64,000 nt of DNA, taken from Phoronis australis. Its lineage: Eukaryota > Animalia > Phoronida. Where the stretch lies: contig NMRA01000098.1 in the NCBI GenBank assembly GCA_002633005.1, positions 367,915-431,914 of the forward strand. Direction: 5' to 3'. Shown in pieces: positions 12,833 to 23,843 of this stretch. The stretch's first letter is position 1. Every line of letters begins with the position of its first letter. Both the position numbers and the translations under genes were made by a program. The notes under the pieces are model-generated. The model searched no databases. It saw only the letters and a list, made by a program, of their open reading frames with translations, and was not told the DNA's origin.

Positions 12833-13731
12833 GTAAATTGTTATTGGTCGTTACGGCTTGCCACAGTTTTTTATCTGGCATAAAACCAGCTAAAAACCCA
12901 CAGTCTGTTGAAGAAAATTTGTTTTATTCAGACCACTCACTGTGTAATCTGAAATTTCATGAGCTTGGTCTAAGGAAATAAAGAATTTTCAGTTCTTTGC
13001 AAGACCAAGTCATTTCTCATCTGAGTGACAAGTTGTGAGAATTTTTTTTAATGGTAAGTGGCCTTAATCAGAACAGGTTCAATGCTGCTTTGAACCAAGC
13101 TATGGCTTGTATATCTTGAGATTTGAAACATAAATTAAATGTTTTGTCTGTGTGTAAATCAAACTTGAAATAACTAGTTGCAATAGCATCAAGAGTTCCT
13201 GATTTTGAAAACGAGTTTCGTGCCCGTTGTTCAGGAGTGAAAATTTGTTCCCAAAACGCGAAACCCCTGTAAGTAACGATTACCCAAATTGGCAGACCTG
13301 CGGACAAGTGATGGTGTGTCTATAATTGGCTTCAAGTTCTGTTGACATTACATTGTTATTGGGTTGACACAAACTGCAAGTGAGTCTCGTGAAAATTCTC
13401 ATTGGTTCATCCATGCAAAGGGTACGGTAGGATTGGGGTCTGTATCCTCCCCCAGAAAATTTTGAGAATTCAGTCTCATTATTGGGTTACTTTGGAGGCC
13501 TCGAAATGTATTTTTTGATGTACTGCCGGATCCGCCGTACCTCATGAAATTTATAGGTTCGTGTGCTGAGTTGATGCAATGCACAGTGGGCATAGGCATG
13601 TCGTGTTTCTTCTAATACGGAAACGGAGTGTTAGGGGTTGATTTTCTACAACTGCATTTTGATGATCGTTCAAAATCTGATCCTCAGATCTCAGTTTACC
13701 ATGATTCACCTTGATGTGTCATCTTCTTCAG

Positions 13732-13842
13732 AATCTTTCTGCCATCCTCGACAAGGAGCAACGTGCCTGTTTTGTGAAGCCCCTCAACCGCTCTCTGGTC
13801 AGACCACCCAAATCCATGCTGGACTTTCTGTGGAAACTGCAC
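13732..13842 (+). CDS. ITM2: ITM2-like exon (BRICHOS, first Cys)
   Basis: ttcag|NLSAILDKEQRACFVKPLNRSLVRPPKSMLDFLWKLH|gtaagt, 111 nt, phase 0/0. Matches the ITM2 'LTAY.D....CY..PLN.S.V.PP' pattern. This frame is not in the ORF track. Confidence 0.85.
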
Positions 13843-14233
13843 GTAAGTAAAATGTCACTGTGATATTGCTTCTTTTCCTTTGGTCCTCCGCTGATCTGTT
13901 TTTAGTTGGCTACCCTATTTATTCACTCAAACGTTATTGAAGCTAATTTAAATGTTGCTTTGGAGGTTCAAACATGGCCAACTTCAAAGTAAGATAAAGT
14001 TAGAATGAGGTGGTTTAATATGCTAAAAAGATACCTATGGGATTTACTCCAAGCCCGGTATAATTGCAAAATACTAGAAATAACGACACAATTTTTTGTG
14101 GTTGTATTTAGTCAGGGTCCTTTGTCTCGCAGTAATGTAGGCAGTTTATTTTAAGGTTGGCAAGTTTATGATTGCTTTAGCACATGCCAACTATTGTAAA
14201 AATCAATAAATCGTTACCGTCTCTTATCTGCAG

Positions 14234-14623
14234 AACAATTATTATCTGACACGCAGTAAGGTGTCTCGTCAGAACTACTACATACAATATCCAGAGGTTA
14301 AAGATGTTCAGAAGTTGGGCGTCTTCATCTATGAGATGTGCCACGAGGTTCCCACGTTCCAACTGAGAAAGATTCAGCCCCTACCCACACCTCTGCCCAT
14401 AAGCGATATGTCTGTACGTCCCGACGTCAATGGTAGCACCGAGGATTCCGATTCACGCTCTGATGAGGAGCGTCGCCACGGGCATGGTCGTCACCACGGA
14501 CCCGGTCGCCGTAGAAAGCACGGCCATCGTCATGGCGATAGACGTCACAAGAGGGAGACCACACCCACGTGCTACGCTGTGGACAATGGAAACGGGGTCG
14601 TTGAGGAATCTTGTGTGGTTTGA
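14234..14623 (+). CDS. ITM2: ITM2-like last exon (BRICHOS end, His/Arg block, furin site RHKR, C-terminal 2-Cys peptide)
   Basis: cag|NNYYLTRSKVSRQNYYIQYPEVKDVQKLGVFIYEMCHEVPTFQLRK matches ITM2 'LG.FIY.LC....TY.L'. Ends RHKR/ETTPTCYAVDNGNGVVEESCVV*. AATAAA at 15005-15010. Full protein ~302-306 aa. Confidence 0.88.
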   Translation, partial: NNYYLTRSKVSRQNYYIQYPEVKDVQKLGVFIYEMCHEVPTFQLRKIQPLPTPLPISDMSVRPDVNGSTEDSDSRSDEERRHGHGRHHGPGRRRKHGHRHGDRRHKRETTPTCYAVDNGNGVVEESCVV

Positions 14624-16471
14624 AACTAAATTCACTTTGGATTTTAGTAATCAGTTAGTTGAATATGTAAAGACTTGTTTGAATTTGTGTACATTTACAG
14701 TTTCTGTCTTGACTAAAATCTTAACAAGCTGCACATTTAGTATATAACCAAGACATTTTAATTACATGGTATATTATATGAAAAAAAATGTTTCACCCCA
14801 GTTCTCATTTTGTTATTGCGATACAACTTTCTAGAAGAGCTTTTGCTTCAGAAACCAATTAAATTACCAAGTTACATGCTCTAAAAACTACTTTCATCAC
14901 ATTCTGTTGACTCCTGGCAGTGTTGCAACACCTTACAAGACTAGCTTATGTTCATCATTTGGTTAGGAAAGAACATATATTTTGTAAAAGTTGTTTGTAT
15001 TTTCAATAAAAATTCTTCTGTTAGAAGTCCGTTTTAAGTTGGATTAGATAAGATTTGCATCACTTCTTTGTTGTCTCAATGTAGTGTGTATCAGTATAAA
15101 ATCACAGTAATTGGATACCTTCACTACCAAGGGTCACACTTCAAATATCTCTTAAAATGCAATTCGTCAACCCAGGAAACCATGTATTTTCCAAATCCTT
15201 CAGATATTTACTCGTGAATCTATGTCACTGTAATATACGTACGTATGCATGTAGACAGCAAGTCTGAATTGTACAAATTTGGGGTGGGCATACGTGGAAT
15301 ACTTTTATTTTCATAACCAGCACTTGCAATAAGTCGACAAAACGGAAACAAGAATTTAATTTCCAATTTTCACCATGTTAAGTGACTAGTTTACAGAGCA
15401 TTTCATTTTGCTAACTGTATGAAACCTATCGGTTTTAAGGAAAAACATTCAAAAATGAAGTTGTTAAATTGTTTTGTAGAAGCCACGTATAGTGAGAAAA
15501 TGGTGATTTGGATATTTTGGGACACCTGAGGAAACCAAACGCAAATTTTTGACAACCATGCTATCATTTAAGTTACTGGACCTGAGTTAGGCAAATTTCA
15601 TGTACGTTAAACGGTGAAGTGAATTGTGATCCTAGACCCATGTACAAAAAATCCCCCAAGCAGTGTACCGTTGCATTCTCTTACAATATTTGAGGGGAAA
15701 TCTTATCAGTGTCCCTGGAAAAAAGTGTGAAACATTGGCAATCAAATGCCAATTTCCTCAACGTGTTTGTGGAGAAAATTCAAAACTTCATGAAAACTGA
15801 TAAAATCTTTTTGCGTTTCAGTTCCAGACAATTCAAAATCAATCAGAAATGGCTTCAGCATCAACAAACAAAACAACAAAAAATACAAGCAGTGAAAAAT
15901 AAATGCATTACCTCACTACTTCACCACACATTAATATTATCGTAATATTTATCCTGAGCACAGAAAATCGATTATATGCAGTCCCCATGATAACCAGTTT
16001 TCAAAGTATGGACACATATCTTATTCACCTTTAAGACAACTGACAATCACCAACACCAAGGGTCAAATTTGTGAAGCGTCTTTATGTATTTTGTGAAGCC
16101 ATGAAAATGCATACAATAAGACTGGTTAAGTTGGACACACTCAAGCACATTGTGCATGTATATTATCCTGACACATTTGTAATTGCATTCACCCTTATTT
16201 CTGCAAACAGAGAATCCTACACTCATCTCGGGTTGATGACATGGGCAAAACCTCTTGGAAATTTTGTCAAACTCCCCGAGATGTGTACCTGAGATTTTTA
16301 GTAAAGACCCATAAGACCGCCGAGAACTATCAATTTTAAAAAAACAAAAATTTTCAAGGATTGTTGAATTGTTTTGACAGCCACGATAAGACTTGTACAT
16401 AATAGAACAAGGATATTAACATGAAAAAAGTTTTTTCCATGAAAAACCATTGTTTTTTTAGAAAAGACCAG

Positions 16472-16872
16472 GGCCCGGTCTCCAATCTTTTTACTCGAAA
16501 TGGAACTCGAAATTAGGTTTGGCATTTTCTACTCAACTTTTGGGCGAACTCAAGATAAGTGTCTATTATTCTATGCTCGGGTACACAATAACTTACGTAG
16601 ATAATTTATTGCCCTTAGTTCACAGTTTGTAAACCCAATATTAAAGCAATAAGTTCGAGTTTGAACTCAAAATTTCGAGTTTTTACTCGAGTTTGTAGCA
16701 CGAATATAAGGGTCTTCAAGGGCAAACTTGAACTAGAAACTCCTATGCATAAACTATAATGTATTCGAGCACAGTCTGATAACCAATTATCTTAAGTTCG
16801 CACAAAAGGAGCAGAGAAATTGCCAAAAATAGTTTCGAGTTCGTTTTGAGTATAAAGATTAGAGACCGGGCC
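16472..16872. mobile_element. PIF/Harbinger-type MITE (CAG TSD)
   Basis: cag|ggcccggtctccaatctttttactc...gagtataaagattagagaccgggcc|cag. ~40-bp TIRs and a 3-bp CWG duplication. Confidence 0.8.
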
Positions 16873-17612
16873 CAGGTCAAATGACTAACACCAAAGCATA
16901 GTTTTTTTGTTTTGGAACTTAAATAGATTTTAAGTAATTCAATTCTTGATAGTGAAGACGTTCAGTTACCTTAAAGGCATAGGCGAGGCGTGTGCCCCGC
17001 ACAAGAACCACATGAAAAGGCGCAAGACATTGCCACATATTACAAGCCAAGCCCGTGAACACATTGACTTCTTTTACGACATTCTTGCACATACAGAGCT
17101 CGGCCACAGATTCTGCACTGCACAAATGTACGAACACATAAAAACTTGTAATGGAAGCGTCACCTGAGTTATCGGACGAGCTGGTGACTTCAGACATGGA
17201 ATAAGATGACCACAATCATAGATTATAGTGACTGTTGCCGCAGCCACCACTAACACCCAACTAATGGCAGCCGAGTCTGTTTATGATGTTACATGGTGGG
17301 AATCTACTAGGTTGTCTATTTACAGAATGCGCTGTTAGTTATCCAATTGGCCCGAGGAGGTTTGTCTATCGCGTATTTGACATGTCAAATGATATGTTTT
17401 CCATTTATCTTGCTCCTCTAGCACACACACCTAGGTAGAATGCATTGCTAGTCAGCTATAGCATTGGTGTGAGGTCAATGTATGCATACCATGTATGCAA
17501 CTTCTCAAATCACAATTTACGGAACCTCAATCCAACTGCTTTAAACCCTCTCCAAGAGCAAACACCCAGGTAGCAATCTCCAGCAAGCATATAAGGCACT
17601 AGTCGTTTTAAA

Positions 17613-18280
17613 TTAAATATAATCTATACGTGAAATCTCATCCTTGCTTACTACCATGCTAGTTCGACCATTATCTAAGGCTGAAAAATGCGTCCTCAAA
17701 TGATCAAGAGCATTCTTTGTCCTAACGTGTTCTTCACGCTCTGTTTCAAAACTTCTGGTCATTTCCTCAAGTCTGTCTAATACAAATTCAATCTCTTTGT
17801 CGTAAATTAGTTTGATTTCATCCTCTCTCATTGTTCTATCATGTAGATACTCCTCGTTCATCTTACTCAGTTGATTAGTCAATTTCCGATGCTCCATTCT
17901 CAACTGTTCCATTTTCATTCTTAAATCTTGATGTTCCAGCATTTCCTGAGCACGCAACGTCTTGACTTCAGTCAAATTTTGACTCAGGTTTGCCACCCTT
18001 GTTTGCGCTCCTTCCAGCTCGTTGCCGTATGTCTCGCACTGAATTGTCAGCCTCTGATTGGCTTTAATCGCCTCACTAAGTTTGCAAGTTCTTGTCTTAA
18101 GATCCTTTTCAAGATTCCAACATTTCTCATGAGAGATTGCGAGTTGCTCATTCAAGTCCTGAATGATAAACTTGTACTTGGAGTTTTGCTCCCTTGCCGT
18201 TTTGAATACCTCACGAAGAACATTGATTTCTGTGGAGTTCCATATGGCTGACTTGTCCAGATCTTTAATGTCCACATTTC
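17613..18280 (-). CDS. CCDC160: CCDC160-like coiled-coil protein, last exon
   Basis: Acceptor ttttcgtag| at 18281, phase 1. Long heptad-rich helix. C-terminus EDEIKLIYDKEI...ETEREEHVRTKNALDHLRTHFS resembles CCDC160 'EEMKSYYELEM...[20 protein letters not shown]' (recalled). Confidence 0.75.
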
Positions 18281-18530
18281 CTACGAAAAATTGCATTTTT
18301 TGATAAATGACCACTCAGACATTGGCAGCCAACTTTTATACACAACTGAGGAGGCTTTAATTGACCTATTGGAGGCTGTTTTGAAATTTCTGGCACTGAT
18401 AAAACCATTGCAAAAGTGCTGCCAGGTTGCTACTCATTGACTGAAAGCACCAGTACATTGCAACTTTAAAACCAGCATGAATAGTCCTTGAGCAAAGGTA
18501 ATGAAATGTAACATAGAGATAGATATTCAC

Positions 18531-18813
18531 CTGGAATTCCGTCCTGCTGCACTGTCAAACTACAGGATGGAGAGTCTTCATCAGCTTTTGATACCTGAGC
18601 CCTTTCTTCCTCTTCTTTCTGAATAATGCTTCTAAGGTACACACGCTCATACACGTTTTTGATTGCACTGACATCTAGTGGTGATACTGAACATGGAAGT
18701 TTCTTCTCATTACGTGCAACTTCCAAGTCCCTGATAAAGTTGTCCCAGGAGAAGGCAAAGGTTGGTGGGAATAAATCCTCCACCCACTTCCCAGCGTTGT
18801 CTGCGGTCTCCAT
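18531..18813 (-). CDS. CCDC160: CCDC160-like protein, first main coding exon
   Basis: METADNAGKWVEDLFPPTF resembles the CCDC160 N-terminal 'HWKENMFTPFF'. Acceptor tttttacag|AA ATG; donor ccag|gtgaat, phase 1. Joined CDS is 951 nt, 316 aa. Confidence 0.75.
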
Positions 18814-20851
18814 TTCTGTAAAAAAATAAGCAAGTCTATGATTTCAAAGCAGTTATAAACCAAGTTTTGACCAAGAAGCAATCATTTGATTCACATAACT
18901 TACTGCTTTAAAATTGGTCTAAACGTGCTCCTTACTCATATGAGAAGTGATTGCTGGGTTTGCTAAGAACTGACACTTCATTACTCCTAAAGACCATGCT
19001 CAGCAGTATGCCGCACTATGACAAGCCAATGTGTAGTCAGGTCTGGAGCAATAATGAACTGCCAGTTCTTTTGAAGCCCAGAAAACACTTGAAACTTGAC
19101 CAAGGATTAAGGAACAATACGAAATCAATTTCATAATGGTAAGTGGTCAAAAATTGATTTTTGTGATGGAGAGGTTAATAACCACTTCAACACATTTGAT
19201 ACATTACGTTGTTTAACTTATCAAATTAATTGTCAGTCTGCATACGGTAATGCTAATTTATTCCTTCTAATAAATTTAATGTGTATTTACTAAATTTTGC
19301 TATGCTTGTCAGATGTGCAGATGTTCTATAGTGCAAGTAATTGGCACATCTCATTCAAGATTCTAACAATTTGTGCAGCCAGAAAAATCTTCAAAAAATA
19401 TGCACAGCGCATGTTTCCAGAAACAATAATTCACCAGCAGTGTAAAATAACCAGTTGTCAAACTGAATGAAGGACTGATCGAAAAACGTTCGTGAGTATG
19501 TTCGAGACCTAACGTGCCCTTCTATGCGCAAAAGATATTAATAGCAAAACGACTTTGATGGTTTAATCAGTGTGAGGCATAATTCGCTGAAAGGCTTCTG
19601 CCGTATGGAGGGCTTATGGGATGACTATACCATCTCTACTGAGAAGAGCTGAGTCAACGGTGCAGTCTAACTGACTAGTGTACAAGTACGTGTCTTTCGT
19701 TTGGCCAAACTTCACCACAGCTATGCCACTTGTTAACTGATGTCCGATCTAGACAACTGCATCGCTCTGTAATGCCGCAGACATACAGGGGCACCCCAAC
19801 AAAAAGTTACTGGTCTTCAAATAGTAAGTGAATGTAATATGCATATTTACACATCGAGTTATAATTAACACATACAATTACACTGGATACAATTTAGTCC
19901 ACATAGTTTGAACATATCCATAAAACCTGTCTTGGTTCACTCTAGCTTCTCTCACTGGGTGCCATTTTGAGGAAGTTACGAGAAATTATGCTTGTTGACA
20001 AACAATAAGTCCAAGAGACACAAATCATACAAATTACACCTGACATCTTCCCGTGCTATATTTTGCAAGTGTCACACACTTGGCTCAGTTTCGCGTGACT
20101 GTCCCCGACAAGACATCAGTTGAAATACTTTGTGGATATCGCGTGCAGTGAAAAGTTAACGGCAACCAAAAAGTGGAGTTGTAATTCTTTGTCAAAGTCA
20201 TCTTAATTCCCATAGACCATGCATGACGTGCTTCATCAAAGATAAGTATATAACCAGTAAGAATTACTGAAGAATGTAAGCAGGCCTTCATGCAGCAGAC
20301 ATCCTGAGCACCCATTTGGACACCCTAGCATTAATCTGGAAGTCCTGGTGAGGATGCCCAATGTATCATTTGGAGGCCCACTGTCAGTCAGAAGTTCTCC
20401 AGTTTGGACACCCACATTGTAAGATTACTATGACTCCCAGTTAATGAAAGATGGCGACTGTTCAAAAGAGAAGTTGTTCCTTTCAACTAGGAAATAAATA
20501 AATATACAATGTATAGAAAATGTTGCAATGTTCAAACTATTTTGGAAGTATTTAGAAGACCTGTCAATCATTAGCAGGTGTTTGGTTGCCAGAGTTTATA
20601 CCACTGCAGTCTTTACTTGCAGTGCTCTTATATAGGACTGCAATTCAGTACTTTAAAAAGGGACAACAACCTTGGTTAACTCCAAACTGGTGTTTCAGAG
20701 CTGTAGTTTCATGTTTTACATCTTTTTTGAAAACATCAAAAGTGAAATAAAAGTCATTTTAATAATTAATATATTGTGCCACAAGAATATCCCTGCTTAA
20801 AATGTTCGAATTTGCGCCAGTTTCATGCTTTTCTATGTGCATCTTAATATG

Positions 20852-21413
20852 CTCGCTGGTTCCCTACGTGCCTAGCCAGCACGCAGGTATCACGCAGTAG
20901 CACTCGCTATAACATTGGTTGGTGTAACCTCGGCAGTCATTGGTTAGTTTTACAACAACTTGAAAAATGGCAGACTATAAATGATTTTTAGCCTTGTCAT
21001 GCAAGTGGCGTAGCAGCAACTATAATAGCCGCGTGCTTGAAGCACAAACATGTACAATAAACACACATCTGACCGATTTAACCGGTGCGGAGTTATTCAT
21101 ACTTTATGAATACAGGACAGTATCGAAAACTAAAGTCATCGACAGTAGAAAGATGCACTCCGAAAAGGCGCAACCACAATTTCTGGGATTCAGAATTCCA
21201 GAACATAAATTTTAAGCAATGATATGTCTGCACAACAGACCACATTTACACTTGCTCCATCAGTCATGCCAGTTTGTTTGCGTAAAGTGCTGCTTGTTTA
21301 GAATTTCACCAGTCAATCAAAAATGCCAGTGTAAAAAAAATTTCCCGAGGAAAATGAAGTGATATCTGCGTGCTGCCTACCGACCACCTAGTGGCACGCA
21401 AGGAACCAGCTAG
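20852..21413. mobile_element. Non-autonomous TIR element with 9-bp TSD (Mutator-like/unclassified)
   Basis: cttaatatg at 20843-20851 and 21414-21422. Ends ctcgctggttccctacgtgcc / ggcacgcaaggaaccagctag, with inner IR gcacgcaggtatcac / gtgatatctgcgtgc. Confidence 0.7.
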
Positions 21414-21466
21414 CTTAATATGGAGCAACAGTGACACCTGTTGCTAAAATATAAACCACATATCAC

Positions 21467-21629
21467 CTGTGCATTTTTGTTGTGTTGGTACTGTAACTGC
21501 ATTTTTGATGAATAAAACAATGAGATACATATAACTAGAGTTGAAGTCACGTGGTTTTCGTTGAGCTGAGGGGTCCGCCATCTTGATGATGATCCATGTT
21601 AGTGGAGATGCGTGTGTACTGTGTAGTAC
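21467..21629 (-). other. Candidate upstream exon of CCDC160-like gene
   Basis: Acceptor-like ttcctag near 21630. AAGATGGCG start at 21581 is open for 38 codons + G, then donor gtgata. Phase 1 joins in frame to AA-ATG at 18815. Confidence 0.35.
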
Positions 21630-23149
21630 CTAGGAACCAATATTGGTAACAACACGAGATTCAAAGTAAAAACTCATAGTTTTTGTTGGTATCATCAAGT
21701 GCAAACTAGGATTTTTTTGAAGATCATCCAAGAAAACCATGGCATGCTTGAGCACAGAATTAAAGGGTCTTTAGTTATAGCAGAAAAAATAAAAAATAAA
21801 GTTTGATTTCTAGTATAAAGATGGAGTGCACGTATGGTACCAGTACGGTACAGTAACTGTGTACCTGCTAGACATTTCCCTTTTACTGTCATGGCGTGAT
21901 CATGATATTTTGAAACAAATATATTTTGAAATAAATCAAAACTTTGTTTGAAATGGTTACAGAATCTCAATGTGTTGTTTCTGTGAGAACATTTTTCTTT
22001 TCTTTCTCATCCTGGATGGCCAATAATATGGAAGTGTGCTTGTTATTTACAGAAAAAAAACGGCGATTCCCCACATCATGGTCGCATAAACGGGGTACAT
22101 TGAGTGGTGTAAAAATTAATATTGGTAAAAATTAATAATGCGAACGCCTTTTTAAAACTCTAGTTCCGCAGCGTGTCAAGTTGTTTTACAGCAGAGTCTA
22201 TAACACAACATTTTGAACAGTGAGACCATGTCGTTTCAAACTGTATAAGTTACCAGTTCACCACGCTAAGATGAATTAGGTACTAGCACAAGTAATACCA
22301 GGAAGTGGTTATCTCTTCCTGGTAATACTAGATAGTTAAAGAAAAGTAGCGTATCACTGAAGTAATTTTCCTTGAGACATCTCAGCACCCCTAACATGCG
22401 TTTTATTTTTTGAAAAAAACGTCTGCATATTAATTTAATCATTACTCCTTGGTATAACGTGAACTAGACAATTCCAATCACCTTTCGGGAAATTGGGTCT
22501 GTGCAAATGCATACATCGACCTCCGGCTTTGGCCACCCAAGCAGTGGTGCACACACGGGTAACCGAAGTGTACACTATATGTGCGTGCCTGCATATTGCT
22601 CATCAATTTCCATGGGTTTCTATTAATTTTTTTCTACTTTGTGTTCAAGTGTTTCACACAAACGCATGCCTCAAATCTTTTTGTTAGAATAATTCAAGTG
22701 GTGTCATATCAAGGAATTTTTAGACCATTCTAAAAATTTTGGGAATGCAGTGACGGTGACGTAATGGCTCCCCGGAGAGCGACCCCCTTGACAGCTGATC
22801 ATCTTGTCGGTTTATAAACAACCGGAACTGAAAAATAGGTACTATACAATTATATCGAGGAAAAAGGTTAATCACTGTATAATACCATTTTCAAAACTTT
22901 ATACATTTCAGTGATTGTCTTTTCGACTGAGCCCGCAAAATCTCCCAGGCCCTAGCAGCACTTTGTGAGAATTTCAGCCAAAACATGTTGAAAACATTAG
23001 GAATTTTGTCTTTGCAATGGCTTATATGACTGTTTAAGCGATGCGTGGGTCACAGGTTTACATTGCTTTATGTTACCAATATTTTAGAACCTCGTTAGTA
23101 TCTAAAATTTCAAATTTTATTCTGAAAATTCCCCGGCTTCCACAAGACC

Positions 23150-23830
23150 ACCCTGCTTTTGTTTACACAGCGTTCATCATCAATATGGCGGACCGCGTGC
23201 CACGCGCTGTCTGGCTTGCGTGAGTATGGACGTGTCGTCTAGTCTTATACATACAGCTCATTTGAATAAAGCTAGTTAAGATGATACATCGACACAAAGC
23301 TGTATATTAAGAATACAGCTTTGCCTTTCTACCAAGGCTAGCCGCGGAGGGGCTACGTGTTGCGATCGAAAACTGGTGCCTGCGCGTTATATCACCCTTG
23401 TACATTTATGAATTGATACTCCGCTGGAGAAGACAGAGCGACCAGAATGAGGGAGAGAGTGTTAACTTACTTACGACACGAAGAGGAAAAAAACAAGCAA
23501 AAAAACAGCAAGAAAAACATAAGAAAAAATCAACTTCCGCCTCTGGCATTCCGTTTTTTACGATTTTAAGTTTCAATTCAAAAGCCCAAAACAAGCTGCA
23601 TACAGAGCTAACGGAAAACGTCAATGTCCAATAACCTTCAACAATACGAAAACCGTTTCCAGTTACCAGAGGAGCCGGGGCTTCGCAACCATGATCAAGC
23701 ACGGCGTCACTGTTTCTCTTCGTTCAAATGTTGATAGATCATGTGACTTGCGTCCTCTTTATTGGTTTAGAAATTTACATGGCATGCGCAGTGGCTTTCC
23801 AAGTTTAGATGCGACTGTCGGGGCGAGATG
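23150..23830. promoter_or_regulatory. CpG-enriched, probably bidirectional promoter (glycogenin / CCDC160-like)
   Basis: Local CpG enrichment. E-box TCATGTGAC at 23739-23747, inverted CCAAT at 23761-23765, NRF1-like GCATGCGCA at 23782-23790. Minus-strand donor(s) acttac at 23465-23474. Confidence 0.5.
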
Positions 23831-23843
23831 AGTGGAAGTCAAG
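23828..23843 (+). CDS. GYG1: Glycogenin exon 1 (MSGSQ+G)
   Basis: ATG AGT GGA AGT CAA G|gttagt. Phase 1 matches exon 2 (TT TTT CAC GAG), giving [14 protein letters not shown]. Confidence 0.65.

Noticed and set aside
14609-14629. C-terminal SCVV as a prenylation signal, or an ABri-like stop read-through extension
   Set aside because: Cys is third from the end (not CaaX) and the terminus is luminal. Read-through of TGA meets TAA two codons later.
16919-17215. Minus-strand ORF with Cys/His spacing vaguely like a PHD finger (LINE ORF1 relic?)
   Set aside because: Ligand spacing is incomplete and there is no supporting RT or endonuclease sequence.
23185-23225. ATGGCGGAC...GC|gtgagt as glycogenin exon 1
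   Set aside because: The donor is phase 2 but exon 2 needs phase 1. The 23828 exon fits.
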